Positions 62,110 to 64,000 of a stretch of 64,000 nt of DNA are shown here, one piece after another (positions within the stretch are counted from its first letter, which is position 1; each line of letters starts with the position of its first letter). The stretch spans positions 309,070,001 through 309,134,000 of the forward strand of contig OZ024740.1 of assembly GCA_964016885.1 (NCBI GenBank). Direction: 5' to 3'. The position numbers and the translations under genes are program-made. This stretch comes from Eledone cirrhosa. Its lineage: Eukaryota. A model generated the notes under the pieces. The model worked only from the letters and a program-made list of their open reading frames with translations. It ran no database searches and was not told where the DNA came from.

Positions 62110-63610
62110 ATCATCATTTTTATGCCCACTTTTCAATGCTTGCGTGGGTTGGATGGGTCCTTCTTAGCATGGCATCTCTCCACTTGTGTTTCTTTGTCAT
62201 CCCCTCTGTGAGTCTCAGTAATTTGCAGTCACCTCCCACCACCTCTGCTCAGCTCTTTCTCAGTATACCTCTACTGTGGATTCCATCCAATTCTTCACCC
62301 ATCAATCATCATTCATGCGTATCACATGTTTGTACCAATATAGTCTTCTCTCCTGCACACCACCTCAGAGTCCTCTTAAACCCAGTCTTAGTTCATTCAA
62401 GCTCTGCCTTTCTCTCATGCTTACATTGCACATCCAACGAAGCATGGCTGCTTCATTCCTCTTCAGTATATGTTTGTCTTCTGCAGTCACTGCCCATCTT
62501 TCACTACCATGCAGCATTGCACTTTGCACACTGGCATCATACAGTCATCCTTTTGAATGTAGAGAGAAACCTTTTGTTGTCAACAGTGGGAGTACCTCTC
62601 TAAACTTCTTCCATCCTATCCTTATTCTAGCTATTATACTCTAGTGAGGTCACCTAGATAGTAGAAGCTATCGACCATATCTATGGATCCTTCTTGTGAC
62701 TGGAAAAAGTTTGTATCATAGCAGTCTTCCTCTCAATTTCTCCTGTGCATCTTCAAGCAATGTTCTCCCTTCCTATTAGTCTACTTGTTATCCCACTACA
62801 TCTTTTGTGTACTCAAGATTTATATTTTGTAAATTGTATGGAGTTTATGCCTACTCCTTTTCTGCATATTGAGCAGAGCCACTTCCCTGAGGAAGCACTA
62901 GCACTTTACTCACTAGCACTTTAGTTTGGGCTGAGTTTACTTTCAGGCCTTTTGATTACAATTCAGTTTCCATCATCGGAAGTTATTTTCTAGCGCTTTT
63001 TTGTTTTAGCTATAAGGACCAAGTCAACTGCATAGAGAAGCTCCCATGTGCATCCTCTTTTAAACTCCTCTGTTATGGCTTGAAGAACTATGATGAACTG
63101 AACCTTGATGAACTCCTACTTGTACCTTGAATTCCTCACTAAACTCATTTCCTACTCTCACTTTACTGACAGCTCCTCTGTACATAGCGTTCACTGCTCT
63201 CACAAGCCATTCTTCTACACTTAATTTCCTTAAGGACCATTAGATAATATATTGGGGTACTCTGTCAAAGGTCTTCTCTAGATCAACAAAAGCTAAATAT
63301 AGTAGTTAATTTTTGGCTTGGAACTTCTCCTGTAGTTGCCTAAGAAGAGTGTATCTGGGTACTTTTCCCAGGCATGAAACCAAACTGCATCTCATCTATT
63401 TTGACTCTTACCTTAATTAGCTGCACTATAACTCTTTCAGTCACTTTCATAACTTGGTCCATTAGTTTTATTCCTCTATAGTTGATCCTTTCTAGAGCAT
63501 CATCTTTGCCCTTGCAGCGATTTATGATTGTACTGCTGTGCCAGTCATTGGATATGACTCCGTCATCTATTACTTGATTTACGATACGGGTTACTATTTT
63601 GCATTGTGAA
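62110..63610 (-). mobile_element. second, older RTE LINE (RT region to 3' end)
   Basis: NYRGIKLMDQVMKV..QFGFMPGKST, LAFVDLEKTFDRVP, VGVHQGS and ELLYAVDLVL motifs with stops and frameshifts. Confidence 0.9.
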
Positions 63611-64000
63611 AGAAAAGACAAAGAGCGTGGTTTGGCATTCTATAACGCCTGATGTAATGACTCTCCTCATCTCTACAAGGCTCGGAAAATGATATACCAG
63701 TACTGAGTATATTCATATATTGAAGATGGGGAAATTATTTAATTCCAAGCATTCATTCAAGGAATGGAAACAAATTTCGGCATCTTGTGTGTAACTCGGA
63801 AAGTCCTCAGATGATCAGCCAGTGATGTAATGCCTACTAGATAATTATTAATTATTAATTACAGTGATGATAATGATCAAGATGATAAAATTGTGGGGGG
63901 AGGGGGGGGGGAGGGGGGGTAAAGATGCAAGTATATATTTGAAGGTAAAATTGAAGAAATAAAAAATAAAATAAAGTTAAATTTAAATTAAAATAAAATT

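Noticed and set aside
61389-62644. + strand ORFs of 170, 188 and 122 aa as host exons
   Set aside because: They are antisense shadows of the - strand RTE coding sequence.

Overview
This is AT-rich eukaryotic non-coding DNA. Its repeat repertoire (tRNA-derived SINEs with a GCCTTTCATCCTTACGGGGTCGATAAAATAAAGTACCAG core, (ATG)n-tailed SINEs, RTE/R4/CR1 LINEs) most resembles a coleoid cephalopod such as Octopus; this is an inference from repeat families, not a database match. I find no credible host protein-coding exon. All protein-like ORFs are decayed transposon genes (mariner transposase, R4/Dong RT-RLE, RTE, CR1-like and L2-like RT) or low-complexity artefacts. The window is a mosaic of more than 30 SINE copies, LINE fragments, TTAA- and TA-flanked MITEs, two Helentron/DINE-1-like elements, microsatellites and minisatellites. 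Top candidate: a recursive-splicing (ratchet) site at 43176/43177 on the + strand, polypyrimidine-TTTCAG|GTAAGT, followed 52 nt later by a second GTAAGT donor. This is the cryptic RS-exon architecture known from Drosophila, and it suggests the window lies inside a very long + strand intron removed stepwise. Other highlights: a minimal hammerhead ribozyme on the - strand at 41289-41353, an R4/Dong LINE flanked on both sides by (TATG)n, and long fold-back inverted repeats that could be ADAR substrates. Coordinates of decayed repeats are approximate.
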